NCBI GenBank assembly: GCA_035628635.1
Contig: DASPJJ010000033.1
Coordinates: 128,889-192,888 of the forward strand
Source: Allosphingosinicella sp.
GTDB lineage: Bacteria; Pseudomonadota; Alphaproteobacteria; Sphingomonadales; Sphingomonadaceae
Direction of reading: 5' to 3'
Length of the DNA: 64,000 nucleotides
Shown: positions 34,201 to 45,035 of the stretch, piece after piece
Position numbering within the stretch: position 1 is the first letter of the stretch
Layout: each line of letters opens with the position of its first letter
The notes under the pieces: model-generated
What the model was told of the DNA's origin: nothing
Databases searched by the model: none
What the model saw: only the letters and a program-made list of their open reading frames with translations
Made by a program: the position numbers and the translations under genes

Positions 34201-36663
34201 CTATTCGTAGCGAAGCGCGTGGATCGGGTTCGCCCGGGCGACCCGAACCGCATGGCCGATGATCGTGCCGGTCGCGATCGCGAGGGCGACGATTCCGGCG
34301 GCGAGGAACCAGGCCGGATTGAGATCGATCCGCTCGGAAAAGCCGTTCAACCAGTCGGTCATCGCCCACCAGGCGACCGGCCAGGCGATCAGGTTCGCGA
34401 TCACGACGGGGCGTAGGAACTGCCAGACGAGCAGCCGTACGATGTCCGCCGTGCGCGCGCCCAGGATCTTGCGGATGCCGATCTCCTTGGTTCGCCGCTC
34501 CGCCGCGAAGGCCGCGAGCGCATAGAGGCCCAGCGAGCCGATCACGATCGCCAGGCCGGCGAACAGAGCGAAGAGCTGGCCGCGGCCCTCCTCGCTGCGA
34601 TAGAGCTCCGCGACGAGATCCTCGGCGAACGAGCCTTCGAACGGGACATCGGGAACCAGCCGGCCCCAGACGCCGCGCACCTGCTCGAGCAGGGCCTGGG
34701 GCGAGACGCCCTCATAGCGGATGACCATGCTGTCATGTTCGGTCCGGCTCATGATGTAGAGGATCGGCTCCATCTCGTCCCGCGCGGAGCGGTATTGGAC
34801 GTCGGCGACGACCCCGACGATGGTCGCCGGTACCGTCTCGATCCTCAGCGTCTGGCCGAGCGCCGCGGCGGGGGCGCGGAAGCCGAGCTGGCGCGCTCCC
34901 GCCTCGCTGACCACCACGTTGATCCCGCGGCCCGCCAGAGAATCCCATTCCGCTTCCTCGGCGACCGTCGCGTCGTCGAGAGCCTGGTCCGCCGAGAAAG
35001 CGCGCCCGGCGACGGTGTGGATCTCCATCGCCTGGAGGAAGCCCGGATCGACGACATAGGCTCCGACCGCGACCGGCTCGGCACGGCCGGGAAGCTCGAC
35101 ATGGGTCGTGCTCCGGCCTTCCTCGGCCGGAGAAATCTCGCTGCGTCCGACGGCGCGGACGCCGTCGAGCCGCGCGACTTCGCGCACGAGCGTTTCCGCG
35201 AGCGGCTGGACCTGCGCGCGTGACAGGTTGTCGACCACGAGCAGGCCGTCGCGGCGGTAGCCCGCGTCGGCACTCCGGGCATGCAGCGTCTGGGCGTAGA
35301 CGATGGCGGTGCAGATCATAAGGCCGATCGAGACCGCGAACTGCCCGACGACGAGCGCGGTGCGCAGCCGTCCGCCGCCCGTCCCTGCACCGAACCGGCC
35401 GGCGCGCAGGATCGCGCTCGGCCGGAAGCCGGAGAGATAGAAGGCGGGATAGCTGCCGCCGACCGCCCCGACGATGAGGGTCAGCAAGACCACCCACATC
35501 AGCATGCCGCCATCGCCGAAATAGCTGAGCTCGAGCGGCGCGTCGACGAGGCTGGCGACCGCCGGGAGGGCCAATTCGACGGCGGCCAGCGCCACGATTG
35601 CGGCCATGCCGGCAAGCAGGACCGCTTCGCCGATAAACTGCGCGATCAGCTGGCCGCGCCGGGCGCCGAGCACCTTTCTGAGTGCGACCTCGCGGGTCCG
35701 CTCGCTGGCGCGGGCGGTGGTGAGGTTGGCGAAATTGACGCAGGCCACGGCGAGAATGAGCAGAGCGACGATCGAGAAGGTGACGATCGTGCGCATGTCG
35801 CCGCCCCGGGTCATGGCATTCTCCTGGAACGCGCCGAGATGGACGTCGCGCACGTTCGTCAGCCGCAGCGCCCAGCGGTCGGCGCGGCTCATCTCGCCGC
35901 TGCCGGTGCTCGAACGCGGAATCACGCGCTGCTCCCAGGCAGGCAGCGCCGCGTTGATCGCGGCGGCGTCCGCGCCGGGCCGGAGGCGGGCGTAGACATA
36001 GCCGGGCATCCGGTTCCACGCGGCGAGCGCCTCGGGTTCGGTCGGGAAGGCGCCGGGGTGGAGCCGCCCGACCATGGTCAGAGCAAGGTGGCTGTTCTCG
36101 GGCAGGTCCCTGAGCACGCCGGTGACCCGCAGGTTGACGGTTTCGCCCTGGCGCCCGACCGGCAACACCCGGCCGATCGGATCGCTGCTCCCGAAGAAGC
36201 GCCGCGCCTCGGTCTCGGTCAGGACCAGCGAGTCGGGGTCGCGCAGCGCCGTGCGCCGGTCGCCCCGGACGAATTCGAGCTCCAGGACCTCGAACAAATC
36301 GGGGTCTGCGAGCAGCATGTCGACATAGACGGGCTGGCGGTCGACCAGCACGACGGGACGCGTCCTCCACGTCGCCGCCGTGCGCTCGATCTGCGGGAAG
36401 TCCCGCTCCATCAAGGAGGCGGCGGGGTAGAAGCTGGTCTGGAGGAAGGACGGGGGCTCCTCGGTCGCGACGCGCTCGGCCTGCACCTGGAAAGTGCGCT
36501 CCGCGTTGGGCAGCCATTTGTCGTAGCTCAGCTCATGGCGCACGAAGACCAGGATCAGGATGCAGGACGCCATGCCGACGGCGAGGCCGAACACGTTGAT
36601 CGCGGTATAGGCCTTGCTCCGCATCAGCGAGCGGAGGCCGACCGTCAGATAATTGCGCCACAT
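34201..36663 (-). CDS. MacB/FtsX-type ABC permease (4th)
   Basis: Same duplicated MacB-PCD/FtsX architecture. Confidence 0.93.
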   Translation of the reverse strand: MWRNYLTVGLRSLMRSKAYTAINVFGLAVGMASCILILVFVRHELSYDKWLPNAERTFQVQAERVATEEPPSFLQTSFYPAASLMERDFPQIERTAATWRTRPVVLVDRQPVYVDMLLADPDLFEVLELEFVRGDRRTALRDPDSLVLTETEARRFFGSSDPIGRVLPVGRQGETVNLRVTGVLRDLPENSHLALTMVGRLHPGAFPTEPEALAAWNRMPGYVYARLRPGADAAAINAALPAWEQRVIPRSSTGSGEMSRADRWALRLTNVRDVHLGAFQENAMTRGGDMRTIVTFSIVALLILAVACVNFANLTTARASERTREVALRKVLGARRGQLIAQFIGEAVLLAGMAAIVALAAVELALPAVASLVDAPLELSYFGDGGMLMWVVLLTLIVGAVGGSYPAFYLSGFRPSAILRAGRFGAGTGGGRLRTALVVGQFAVSIGLMICTAIVYAQTLHARSADAGYRRDGLLVVDNLSRAQVQPLAETLVREVARLDGVRAVGRSEISPAEEGRSTTHVELPGRAEPVAVGAYVVDPGFLQAMEIHTVAGRAFSADQALDDATVAEEAEWDSLAGRGINVVVSEAGARQLGFRAPAAALGQTLRIETVPATIVGVVADVQYRSARDEMEPILYIMSRTEHDSMVIRYEGVSPQALLEQVRGVWGRLVPDVPFEGSFAEDLVAELYRSEEGRGQLFALFAGLAIVIGSLGLYALAAFAAERRTKEIGIRKILGARTADIVRLLVWQFLRPVVIANLIAWPVAWWAMTDWLNGFSERIDLNPAWFLAAGIVALAIATGTIIGHAVRVARANPIHALRYE

Positions 36664-36694
36664 TGCTGTTCTCCTCGGCCGCCCCCGGCTGTTT

Positions 36695-39175
36695 CTATTC
36701 GTAGCGAAGCGCGTGGATCGGGTTGGTGCGCGAGACCTTGAGCGCGTGACCGGCGATGGTGCCGAGCGCGATCGCCAGCGCGAGAAAGCCGGCGACGAGA
36801 AAGGGCTCGGGCCCGAGCGAAATCCGCGCGTCGAAGCCTTTGAGCCAGCTGTCCATCACCAAGGCGGCGACCGGCCAGGCGATGACGTTGGCGAGCATTA
36901 CCGGCTTCGAGAATTGCCAGGCGAGCAATCTGACGATGTCGCGCGAGCGAGCGCCAAACACCTTCCTGATCCCGATCTCCTTGGTTCGCCGCTCGGCAGT
37001 GAACGCCGCGAGACCGAACAGGCCCAGGCAAGCGATCAGAACGGCGAGCAGCGAGAAGCCGGCGAAGGTCTGGCCCCGCGCCTCGTCCTGGTCGTAAAGA
37101 GCGGCGAGCTTCTCCTCACTGAACTCGGCCGCGAACGGGATCGTCGGGAGGAGACTTTGCCAGACCCGCTCGATCCCGCCCATCACGGCCCGCGGATCGC
37201 GCCCGTCGATGCGCACCGCGAGCCAGCGATAGAGGCCGAGATCGTAATAGCCGATCGGCTCGACCGTCTCGCGCACCGACCGGAAGCGCGTGTCGCGGGC
37301 GACGCCGACGATCGTTGCGGCCGCCGGCCCGATCTCGTCGCCGAAGACGGGGATCGAGACCTGCCGGCCCAGCGCGTCCTCGGCCCGTGCGAAGCCGAGC
37401 CGCCGCGCCGCTTCCTGATTGACCACGATGTTGAAGCCGCGCGCCGCGACCTGCCGCTGCGCGGCGAGAGACTCGGGACCGTCATCGAGCGGCACCCGGA
37501 CATTGTCCTGCGCCTGCGCTTCCAAAAGGGGCCGGCCGGCGACGATCTCCATCCGCATCGTCTCGAAGAAGTCGGGCTCGACGCTGTACCAGCCGATCTC
37601 GACCGGCGCGGTCCGGCCCGGGAGGCCGACATTGGTAAGCAGGGTCTGCCCGGACCCAGGAACGATCATCGAGCCGGCGGCGCTGCGGACCCCGTCGAGC
37701 GCCTCGATCTGCCGGGTCAGCGTCTCGCGCACCGCCTGCACTTCGGGCGCGCGCAGACCCTCGACGGTGATCAGGCCCTCGCGCTGATAGCCCGGGTCGA
37801 CCGTCCGCGCGAACATGGTCTGCTTGTGGACGATGGCCGTGCAGACGATGAGGCCGATCGAGACGGCGAACTGGGCGACGACCAGCCCCTGGCGCAGGCG
37901 GCTGCTCCCGGGCGTATCCGGCGCCGAGCGATTGGCCTTGAGAATCGCGGCCGGCTGGTAGCGCGACAGATTGAATGCCGGATAGAGCCCGCCGAGCAGG
38001 CCCACGGCGATGCCGAGCCCCGCCACTGCGAGCCCGAGCCCGCCGAGATAATCGACCCTGAGGTCCGCATCGAGCCACGCCCCGAACGCGGGCGCGGTGA
38101 GCTCGATCAGGGTCAGCGCGATCAGCATCGCCACCGTGACGAGCAGCACCGATTCGCCCATGAACTGGGCGACGAGCTGGCGCCGCGTCGCGCCGAGCAC
38201 CTTGCGAACCGCAACCTCGCGCGCCCTTCGGCTGGCCCGCGCGGTCGCCAGGTTGACGAAGTTGGCGACCGCTATGCCCAGGATCAGCAGGGCGACGACG
38301 GCGAAGGTGGCAAGCGTGCGCATGTCGTTGCCCGGCCGGTCGCCGCCCTGGGCGGGTCCGAGATGGACGTCGGCGACGTTGGTCAGGCGCCAGTCGAACC
38401 GGTCGCGCAGGCGATAGCCGGAGAAGACGCTTTCCGGCACGTTGCGCAGCTCCCATTCGGGCATGCTCGCGTTGATTTGCGCGGCGTTCACTCCGGGCCG
38501 CAGCTTCACGTAGGTCATGCCGCTGACGCAGCCCCAGGGGCAGTCCTCGCTCTCCTCGGCGCTGTTGAAGCGGCGGACGAGGTCGAAATCCATGTGGCTG
38601 TTCGCAGGCACGTCCTCGAACACGCCGGTGATGCGATAGTCGCGCGTCTGACCGTCCCGCCCCATCGTCAGCGTCCGGCCGACCACCTCGATCGTGCCGA
38701 ACAGCCGGGTGGCCTCGGAGCGGCTGAGGGCGACGGTGTTGACGTCGCTGAGCGCACGTCCGCGGTCGCCGCGCAGGAACGGGACCTCGATGATGTCGAA
38801 GAAATGCGCGTCGGCGGCGAATGCATGCTGGGTCGCGATGGCGCGGCCGCCGATCAGGATCGCCGCGTCCTCGCCTTCGAACTTCGACGCATGCTCGACC
38901 TCGGGGAAATAAGCGGCGAGCGAGTCGGCGACCGGGCGGGTGACGCCCTGCTGGTCGACGCGCTGGCCGGTCTCGGGATCGACGCCGAAGGTCTGCACCT
39001 GGAAGACGCGCTCGTGCCCGGGCAGCCAGCGATCGTAGCTGGTCTCGTAGCGGACGTAGAGCAACAGAAGCAGGCACGCCGCCAGGCCGATCGCCAGCCC
39101 GAAGATGTTGATGAAGGCGTAGGTCTTGTGGTGGAGCAAAGCCCGCAGGCCGACGGTCAGATAATTTCGCCACAT
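36695..39175 (-). CDS. MacB/FtsX-type ABC permease (3rd)
   Basis: MWRNY at ATG 39175 within the longer tracked ORF. Confidence 0.93.
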   Translation of the reverse strand: MWRNYLTVGLRALLHHKTYAFINIFGLAIGLAACLLLLLYVRYETSYDRWLPGHERVFQVQTFGVDPETGQRVDQQGVTRPVADSLAAYFPEVEHASKFEGEDAAILIGGRAIATQHAFAADAHFFDIIEVPFLRGDRGRALSDVNTVALSRSEATRLFGTIEVVGRTLTMGRDGQTRDYRITGVFEDVPANSHMDFDLVRRFNSAEESEDCPWGCVSGMTYVKLRPGVNAAQINASMPEWELRNVPESVFSGYRLRDRFDWRLTNVADVHLGPAQGGDRPGNDMRTLATFAVVALLILGIAVANFVNLATARASRRAREVAVRKVLGATRRQLVAQFMGESVLLVTVAMLIALTLIELTAPAFGAWLDADLRVDYLGGLGLAVAGLGIAVGLLGGLYPAFNLSRYQPAAILKANRSAPDTPGSSRLRQGLVVAQFAVSIGLIVCTAIVHKQTMFARTVDPGYQREGLITVEGLRAPEVQAVRETLTRQIEALDGVRSAAGSMIVPGSGQTLLTNVGLPGRTAPVEIGWYSVEPDFFETMRMEIVAGRPLLEAQAQDNVRVPLDDGPESLAAQRQVAARGFNIVVNQEAARRLGFARAEDALGRQVSIPVFGDEIGPAAATIVGVARDTRFRSVRETVEPIGYYDLGLYRWLAVRIDGRDPRAVMGGIERVWQSLLPTIPFAAEFSEEKLAALYDQDEARGQTFAGFSLLAVLIACLGLFGLAAFTAERRTKEIGIRKVFGARSRDIVRLLAWQFSKPVMLANVIAWPVAALVMDSWLKGFDARISLGPEPFLVAGFLALAIALGTIAGHALKVSRTNPIHALRYE

Positions 39176-39189
39176 GCTCGAGGGCTCCC

Positions 39190-41703
39190 TTATTCGTAGC
39201 GCAGGGCGTGGATCGGATTGGCCCGCGCGACCTTCATCGCGTGCGCGGCGATGGTAACGAGGGCGATGCCCAGAGCGAGCGCCCCGGCGAGCAGGAACGG
39301 AGTCAGGCCGAGAGGGATGCGGCTGTCGAACCCTTTCAGCCATCCGTCCATCACATACCAGGCGACCGGCCAGGCGATCACGTTGGCGATGATGACGGGC
39401 TTCGAGAACTGCCAGGCAAGCAGCCGGATGATGTCCCGGGTCCGTGCGCCGAGCACCTTGCGGATGCCGATCTCCTTGGTCCGCCGCTCCGCCGTGAACG
39501 CCGCGAGGCCGAACAGCCCCAGGCAGGCGATGATCACCGAGAGGCCGGCGAAGATGCCGAAGAGCTGCGCCCGCGCCTCGTCGCCCTCGTACATCTCGCG
39601 CACCAGCTCGTCGGCATATTGGCCGCGGAACGGGATGTCCGGGACGATCCGCTTCCAGACCTCTTCGACCTGCCGGCCGATGCGGCCGCCGTCGGCGCCG
39701 CCGAAACGGATGACGAGGTAGTTGAAGCGGTCGCGCTGGAAATAATAGAGGATCGGCTGGAGCGGATCGCGCATCGAGCGGAAGCGTGCGTCGTTGACCA
39801 CCCCGACGATGGTCGAAGGCACCATGCCGCCGACCTCCTCGACGGTGAGGCCGGCCCGGATGTTCTGCCCGAGCGCCGCTTGCGCGGAAGGGTAGCCCAT
39901 CCGCCGCGCCGCCTCTTCGGTGACGATCACGTTGACGCCGCGCGCGACGATGGCGCGCTCGGCCTCGAGATCCACCGGGGCCGGGGTGGTGGCGTCGTCG
40001 CGCGCCAGCCGCTCGTCGAAATTGCGGCCGGCGACGACGCGCATCCCCATCGCCTGGAAGAATTGCGGATCGACGCCGTAGGTGCCGAGATCGACGACGT
40101 TGGGCTGGCCGGGCACCTGCACGCTGGTGACGCTGTTGTTGCCCGGAGCGACGCCGATGCTCGAGCGCCCGACGGCGGTGACGCCGGGAAGCGCCGACAG
40201 CTCGCGGATCAGGGTGTCGACCACCTGCTCGAGCCGCGCTCCTCCGATCATCTGCACCTGGTAGAGACCGTCGCGGCGGTAGCCGGCGTCGACCGTACGC
40301 GCGAACATGGTCTGGGCGTAGATGATCGCGGTGCAGATGATGAGGCCGATCGACACCGCGAACTGGGCGACGACGAGGATGTTGCGCAGCTGCCCGGAGC
40401 CCTGCGCCTCGGCCGAGGACTTGTTCGCTTTCAGGATCTGGGCCGGCTGGAACCGCGACAGATAGAAGGCCGGATAGAGCCCGCCGGCGGCGCCGACCAG
40501 CAGGATGAGGACGACCACCGGGAGCAGAATGTCGTCCTCGCCGAAATAGGAGATCTCCATGTTCGCGCCGAGGAAGGTGTTGAACCATGGCAAAGCCAGC
40601 TCGCACAGGGCCATCGCGATCACGGTGGCGATGGTGGCGACGAGGATCGATTCCCCCAGGAACTGGGTGATCAGCTGCTTGCGGTTGGCGCCGAGCACCT
40701 TTCTCAGCGCCACCTCACGGGCCCGCTGAGAGGCGCGGGCGGTGGCGAGGTTGGTGAAGTTGACGCAGGCCATGCCGAGGATGAGGAGGGCGATGATCGC
40801 GAAGGTGTAGACCGTCTTGCGGTCGTTGCCCGGCGTCATCGACGCTTCCTGCGCGTCGCCGAGATGGACGTCGCGCACGTTCATCAGGCGCCAGTCCTGG
40901 TTGTCGCCGGGATTCTCCCTGCGGCCCTCGGTGACGTCGTCGGGGATGCGGCGCCGCTCCCAGTCGGGTAGCCGGGCGTTGATCGCCTCGGCGCTCGCTC
41001 CGGGCCGCAGCTTCACATAATACCAGCCGCCCTGCGAGCTCCAGGAGGTCAGGAAGCGCAGATTCTGGGCGTAGAATTGCTGCGGGTCCATCCGCGCGAT
41101 GATGTTGAACGACATGTGCGAATTGGGCGGAATGTCACGGAACACGCCGGTGACCTGATAATCGACATTCTGGTTGCCCTGCTGGGCGATGGTGAGGGTG
41201 CGGCCGACCGGGTTGGCGGAGCCGAAGCGCCGCTGCGCCTCGCTCTCGCTGATCACCAGCTGGCCGGGGCGCTGCAGGGCGGTGGCGCGGTTGCCGCGAA
41301 CCATGGGCAGCTCGACGACTTCGAGGAAGTTGCCGTCCGTGAAGCGAAGGTCGTTGGTCAGCGTCGCTTCGCCGTCCTGGAGCACGTAGCCCCCGCCGCC
41401 GTTGATGTAGACGGCCCGCTCGACCTCCGGGAATTCCTCGGCGAGCGCGCGGCCCGAGACGTAGCTCGTCATCTGCAGGCGATATTCCTCGCCGCCGGTC
41501 TCGGTCGGGGAATAGAGGTCCTGGAACTGGTAGGTGCGCTCCGCGCCGGGCAGCCAGTCGTCGTAGCGCGTCTCATAGCGGACGTAGAGCAGGATCATCA
41601 GGCAGGCGGCGATGCCGATGGCGAGGCCGGCGATGTTGATGAACGCATAGGTCCGGTTCTTCGCCAGAGCGCGGAAGCCGATCGTCAGATAGTTGCGCCA
41701 CAT
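39190..41703 (-). CDS. MacB/FtsX-type ABC permease (2nd)
   Basis: MWRNY at ATG 41703; same motifs. Confidence 0.93.
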   Translation of the reverse strand: MWRNYLTIGFRALAKNRTYAFINIAGLAIGIAACLMILLYVRYETRYDDWLPGAERTYQFQDLYSPTETGGEEYRLQMTSYVSGRALAEEFPEVERAVYINGGGGYVLQDGEATLTNDLRFTDGNFLEVVELPMVRGNRATALQRPGQLVISESEAQRRFGSANPVGRTLTIAQQGNQNVDYQVTGVFRDIPPNSHMSFNIIARMDPQQFYAQNLRFLTSWSSQGGWYYVKLRPGASAEAINARLPDWERRRIPDDVTEGRRENPGDNQDWRLMNVRDVHLGDAQEASMTPGNDRKTVYTFAIIALLILGMACVNFTNLATARASQRAREVALRKVLGANRKQLITQFLGESILVATIATVIAMALCELALPWFNTFLGANMEISYFGEDDILLPVVVLILLVGAAGGLYPAFYLSRFQPAQILKANKSSAEAQGSGQLRNILVVAQFAVSIGLIICTAIIYAQTMFARTVDAGYRRDGLYQVQMIGGARLEQVVDTLIRELSALPGVTAVGRSSIGVAPGNNSVTSVQVPGQPNVVDLGTYGVDPQFFQAMGMRVVAGRNFDERLARDDATTPAPVDLEAERAIVARGVNVIVTEEAARRMGYPSAQAALGQNIRAGLTVEEVGGMVPSTIVGVVNDARFRSMRDPLQPILYYFQRDRFNYLVIRFGGADGGRIGRQVEEVWKRIVPDIPFRGQYADELVREMYEGDEARAQLFGIFAGLSVIIACLGLFGLAAFTAERRTKEIGIRKVLGARTRDIIRLLAWQFSKPVIIANVIAWPVAWYVMDGWLKGFDSRIPLGLTPFLLAGALALGIALVTIAAHAMKVARANPIHALRYE

Positions 41704-41736
41704 GTCCTGTTTCCCTTCAGAGGCCGAGGCCAATGG

Positions 41737-44214
41737 TCATTCGTACCGGAGTGCGTGGATCGGGTTGGCCCGCGCGACCTTGATCGCGTGGCCGGCGATG
41801 GTGCCGATCGCGATCGCGAGCGCGAGCAGGCCGGCAGCGACGAACGGAGTCGGGCCGAGGCCGATCCTGGTGTCGAACGTGTTGAGCCAGTCGCGCATCA
41901 CCCACCAGGCCACCGGCCAGGCGACCAGGTTGGCGATCACCACCGGCTTTGAGAATTGCCAGGCGAGCAGCTGGACGATGTGGCGGACGGTTGCGCCGAG
42001 CACCTTCCGGACGCCGATCTCCTTGGTCCGCCGCTCCGCGGTGAACGCGGCCAGGCCGAACAGGCCGAGGCACGAGATGATGACGGCGAGCAGGGAGAAG
42101 CCGGCGAAGACGGCGCCCCGCGCCCGCTCGCGCTGGTAGAGCTCGGCGATCAGGTCCTCGGCGAGCGCGCCCTCGAACGGCGCGTCGGCGAGAAAGCGCG
42201 ACCAGACGCGGTTGACCCCCTGCAGCACTTGCGCCGGATTGTCGGAGCGGTAGCGGATGACGAGCCTGGTCGTCCGCTCGGGATCGTAGGTGAAGACGAG
42301 CGGCTCGATCTCGTCGCGGGCGGTCCGGATGCGGGTATCCTCGACCACGCCGACGATCGTCGCGGGGATCATGTCGTTGCCGTCGAGGCCGATCTGCACC
42401 TGCCGTCCCAGCGCGGACGCCGGATCGGTGATGCCCAGCAGCCGCGCCGCGCGCCGGTTCATGACCACGTTGAGTCCGCGCGCCAGAAGCGGCGAGGGCT
42501 GACCCTCGCCTTCGGCCCGCACGACCCGATCGTTGGCGAAGCGGTCCGAGAAGCCGCGGCCCGAGAGGAGGCGCATGCCCATCGTCGCGAAGAAGTCGGC
42601 GTCGGTCCGGTAGACGCCCATGCCGAGCCCATCCGGCGCGCCGGGCATGAAGACGCGCTGGATCGACCGGTTGGTTGCTGCGATGCCGATATTGGTGCGG
42701 GCGACGTTGGCGACGCCGGGGACGGCCGCGATCTCGCGGCGCACCGCGTCGTAATTGCCGAGCTCCTGCAGCCGCCAGGCGCCGTCGACCTGGATCAGGC
42801 CTTCGCGCTCGTAGCCCGGGTCGGCGGTCTGGACGTATCGGGTCTGCGAATAGACCACCCAGGTGCAGACGATGAGGCCGATCGAGACCGCGAACTGGGC
42901 GACCACGAGCAGGCCGCGCAGCCGCCCCGAACCCTGCGTCTCGGCGCTGGCCTTGTTGGCCTTGAGCACGCTGGCCGGCCGGAAGCGCGACAGGACGAAG
43001 GCCGGGTAGAGCCCGCCGACGGCGCCGACCAGCAGGGTGAGGCCGATCACATGGGGGAGGAAGCCGCCCGCGCCGAGATAGGTGAGCTGCAAGTCGGCGT
43101 CGAGCGCCGCGGCGAGGTGCGGGAGAGCGAGCTCGACCATGGTCAGCGCAATCAGCATCGAGATCAGGGCCACCAGCATCGATTCGCCGAGAAACTGTCC
43201 GATCAGCTGCCGCCGCGACGCGCCGAGCACCTTGCGCAGCGCGACCTCGCGCGCCCGCTGCCCGGCGCGGGCCGTCGAGAGGTTGATGAAGTTGATGCAC
43301 GCCATGAACAGGATCAGAGCGGCGACGATGGAGAAGGTCGCGACGGTCCCGCGGTCGTTGCCCGGGGACATCGCGCCCTGCTGCGCATCGCCGAGGTGAA
43401 CGTCCGCGACCGGCGTGAGCCTGAAATCGACGATGTCGGACCGTGAGCGGGTCTGGCCCGGCTCGGGCGGCATCATCCGCCGCTCCCAGGCCGGGAAGGC
43501 CGCGTTGATCGCGGCGGGATCCGCGCCCGGCCGGAGCCGGACATAGTGGAACTGGTTCATCTGGCCCCAGTTGCGGCCGATCGCGATCCCGTCGGGATAG
43601 TCGGAGGGATCGAAGCGGAAGAGCGCGTCGAAGCGCAGGTGCGTGTTGCCCGGCAGGTCTGCGAGCACGCCCGTGATGGTGTAATCCTCGCGCGTGCCGC
43701 TCGACGTCTCGGTCACCGTCCGGCCGATGACGTCGAGTGTGCCGAACTGCCGCAGCGCCTCGCTTTCCGTCAGCACCACCGAGCGCACGTTCGGCAGCGC
43801 CGAACGGGCGGAGCCGCGCACGAACGGCAGCCGGAAGATGTCGAGGAAAGCCGGGTCCACGACCAGGGCGTCGAGGAGGAGCGGCTGGCCTTCCTTCAGG
43901 AAGGACGCTTCGCCCGGCTGGGCGATGGTGACCGCCTCGACCTGCGGAAAGCCGCCCGCGATGGTGTCGCGGATGGGCAGCGGGCTGCGCTGGCTGGCGT
44001 TGATCGGCTGGCCGGGCTCGTGCCAGGTCGCCTGGACCTGGTAGATGCGCTCATGGCCGGGGTGCCCCTGGTCGTAGCTGGTCTCGTAGCGGACGTAGAC
44101 GAACAGGATCAGGCAGGCGGCGATGCCGATCGCCAGCCCGAAGATGTTGATAAAGGCGTAGGTCCGGTTCTTGACCAGCGCCCGCATTCCGACCGTGAAA
44201 TAGTTGCGCCACAT
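41737..44214 (-). CDS. MacB/FtsX-type ABC permease (1st)
   Basis: Same motifs. Confidence 0.93.
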   Translation of the reverse strand: MWRNYFTVGMRALVKNRTYAFINIFGLAIGIAACLILFVYVRYETSYDQGHPGHERIYQVQATWHEPGQPINASQRSPLPIRDTIAGGFPQVEAVTIAQPGEASFLKEGQPLLLDALVVDPAFLDIFRLPFVRGSARSALPNVRSVVLTESEALRQFGTLDVIGRTVTETSSGTREDYTITGVLADLPGNTHLRFDALFRFDPSDYPDGIAIGRNWGQMNQFHYVRLRPGADPAAINAAFPAWERRMMPPEPGQTRSRSDIVDFRLTPVADVHLGDAQQGAMSPGNDRGTVATFSIVAALILFMACINFINLSTARAGQRAREVALRKVLGASRRQLIGQFLGESMLVALISMLIALTMVELALPHLAAALDADLQLTYLGAGGFLPHVIGLTLLVGAVGGLYPAFVLSRFRPASVLKANKASAETQGSGRLRGLLVVAQFAVSIGLIVCTWVVYSQTRYVQTADPGYEREGLIQVDGAWRLQELGNYDAVRREIAAVPGVANVARTNIGIAATNRSIQRVFMPGAPDGLGMGVYRTDADFFATMGMRLLSGRGFSDRFANDRVVRAEGEGQPSPLLARGLNVVMNRRAARLLGITDPASALGRQVQIGLDGNDMIPATIVGVVEDTRIRTARDEIEPLVFTYDPERTTRLVIRYRSDNPAQVLQGVNRVWSRFLADAPFEGALAEDLIAELYQRERARGAVFAGFSLLAVIISCLGLFGLAAFTAERRTKEIGVRKVLGATVRHIVQLLAWQFSKPVVIANLVAWPVAWWVMRDWLNTFDTRIGLGPTPFVAAGLLALAIAIGTIAGHAIKVARANPIHALRYE

Positions 44215-44268
44215 TGCAGATTCCGCCTCGTCTCGCTTGCATCCAGCGTCGAAATTCAGGGGGTCCCC

Positions 44269-44337
44269 GAAGCCCCTCCCCTTTGGGGGGAGGGACCGGC
44301 GGGGGCGGAGCTAGGGTTTCCGCCCCCGAGGGGCTTC
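44269..44337. repeat. Short family A derivative
   Basis: GAAGCCCCTC/GAGGGGCTTC termini enclosing two GC hairpins; overlaps the ATPase stop codon. Confidence 0.65.
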
Positions 44338-45016
44338 ACGCCGCGCGGCGTCGCTCGATCAGGATCTTGCCGTCGAGCATGTTGACGACGCGGCTGGCAT
44401 AGTCGGCATGGGCCGGCGAGTGGGTGACCATGACGATGGTCGACCCCTCGGCGTTCAAGGCCTGGAGCATCTTCATTACCTCCTCGCCGTGCTGGGTGTC
44501 GAGATTGCCCGTCGGCTCGTCGGCGAGGATCAGGTTTGGGTTGCCGACGAGGGCGCGCGCGACGGCGACGCGCTGCTGCTGGCCGCCGGAAAGCTGGCTC
44601 GGCCGGTGCTTCGCGCGGTGCGCGATGCCGACCTTGTCCATCACTTCGTCGACCCGCCGCCGGCGCTCGGCCGAAGGCACGTCGTGGTAGAGGAGAGCGA
44701 GCTCGATATTTTCGCGGACCGTGAGCTCATCGACCAGGTTGAAGCTCTGGAAGATGAAGCCGATGTTGCGCTTCCGGAAGTCGGCGAGCTTCGCCTCGGG
44801 CAAGCCCGCCACCTCGGTGCCGTTGAACACGTAGGAGCCGCTCGAGGGCGAATCGAGCATGCCCATGACGTTGAGCAGGGTCGATTTGCCGCAGCCGGAC
44901 GGGCCCATGACGGCGACGAACTCGCCGTCGGCGACGTCCAGCTGGATGCCGTCGAGGGCAGTCGTTTCGACGGTGTCGGTTCTGTAGACCCGCGACAGGT
45001 CGCGCATGTTCAGCAT
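44336..45016 (-). CDS. ABC transporter ATP-binding protein (LolD/MacB-type)
   Basis: [28 protein letters not shown]. Confidence 0.96.
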   Translation of the reverse strand: MLNMRDLSRVYRTDTVETTALDGIQLDVADGEFVAVMGPSGCGKSTLLNVMGMLDSPSSGSYVFNGTEVAGLPEAKLADFRKRNIGFIFQSFNLVDELTVRENIELALLYHDVPSAERRRRVDEVMDKVGIAHRAKHRPSQLSGGQQQRVAVARALVGNPNLILADEPTGNLDTQHGEEVMKMLQALNAEGSTIVMVTHSPAHADYASRVVNMLDGKILIERRRAA

Positions 45017-45035
45017 CTTGGTCCGCTCCTTTTCA

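Noticed and set aside
36695-40606. Apparent 1303-aa permease, and the 1051-aa ORF at 30332-33487
   Set aside because: N-terminal extensions are off-frame overlaps of the upstream permease; real starts are 39175 and 31627
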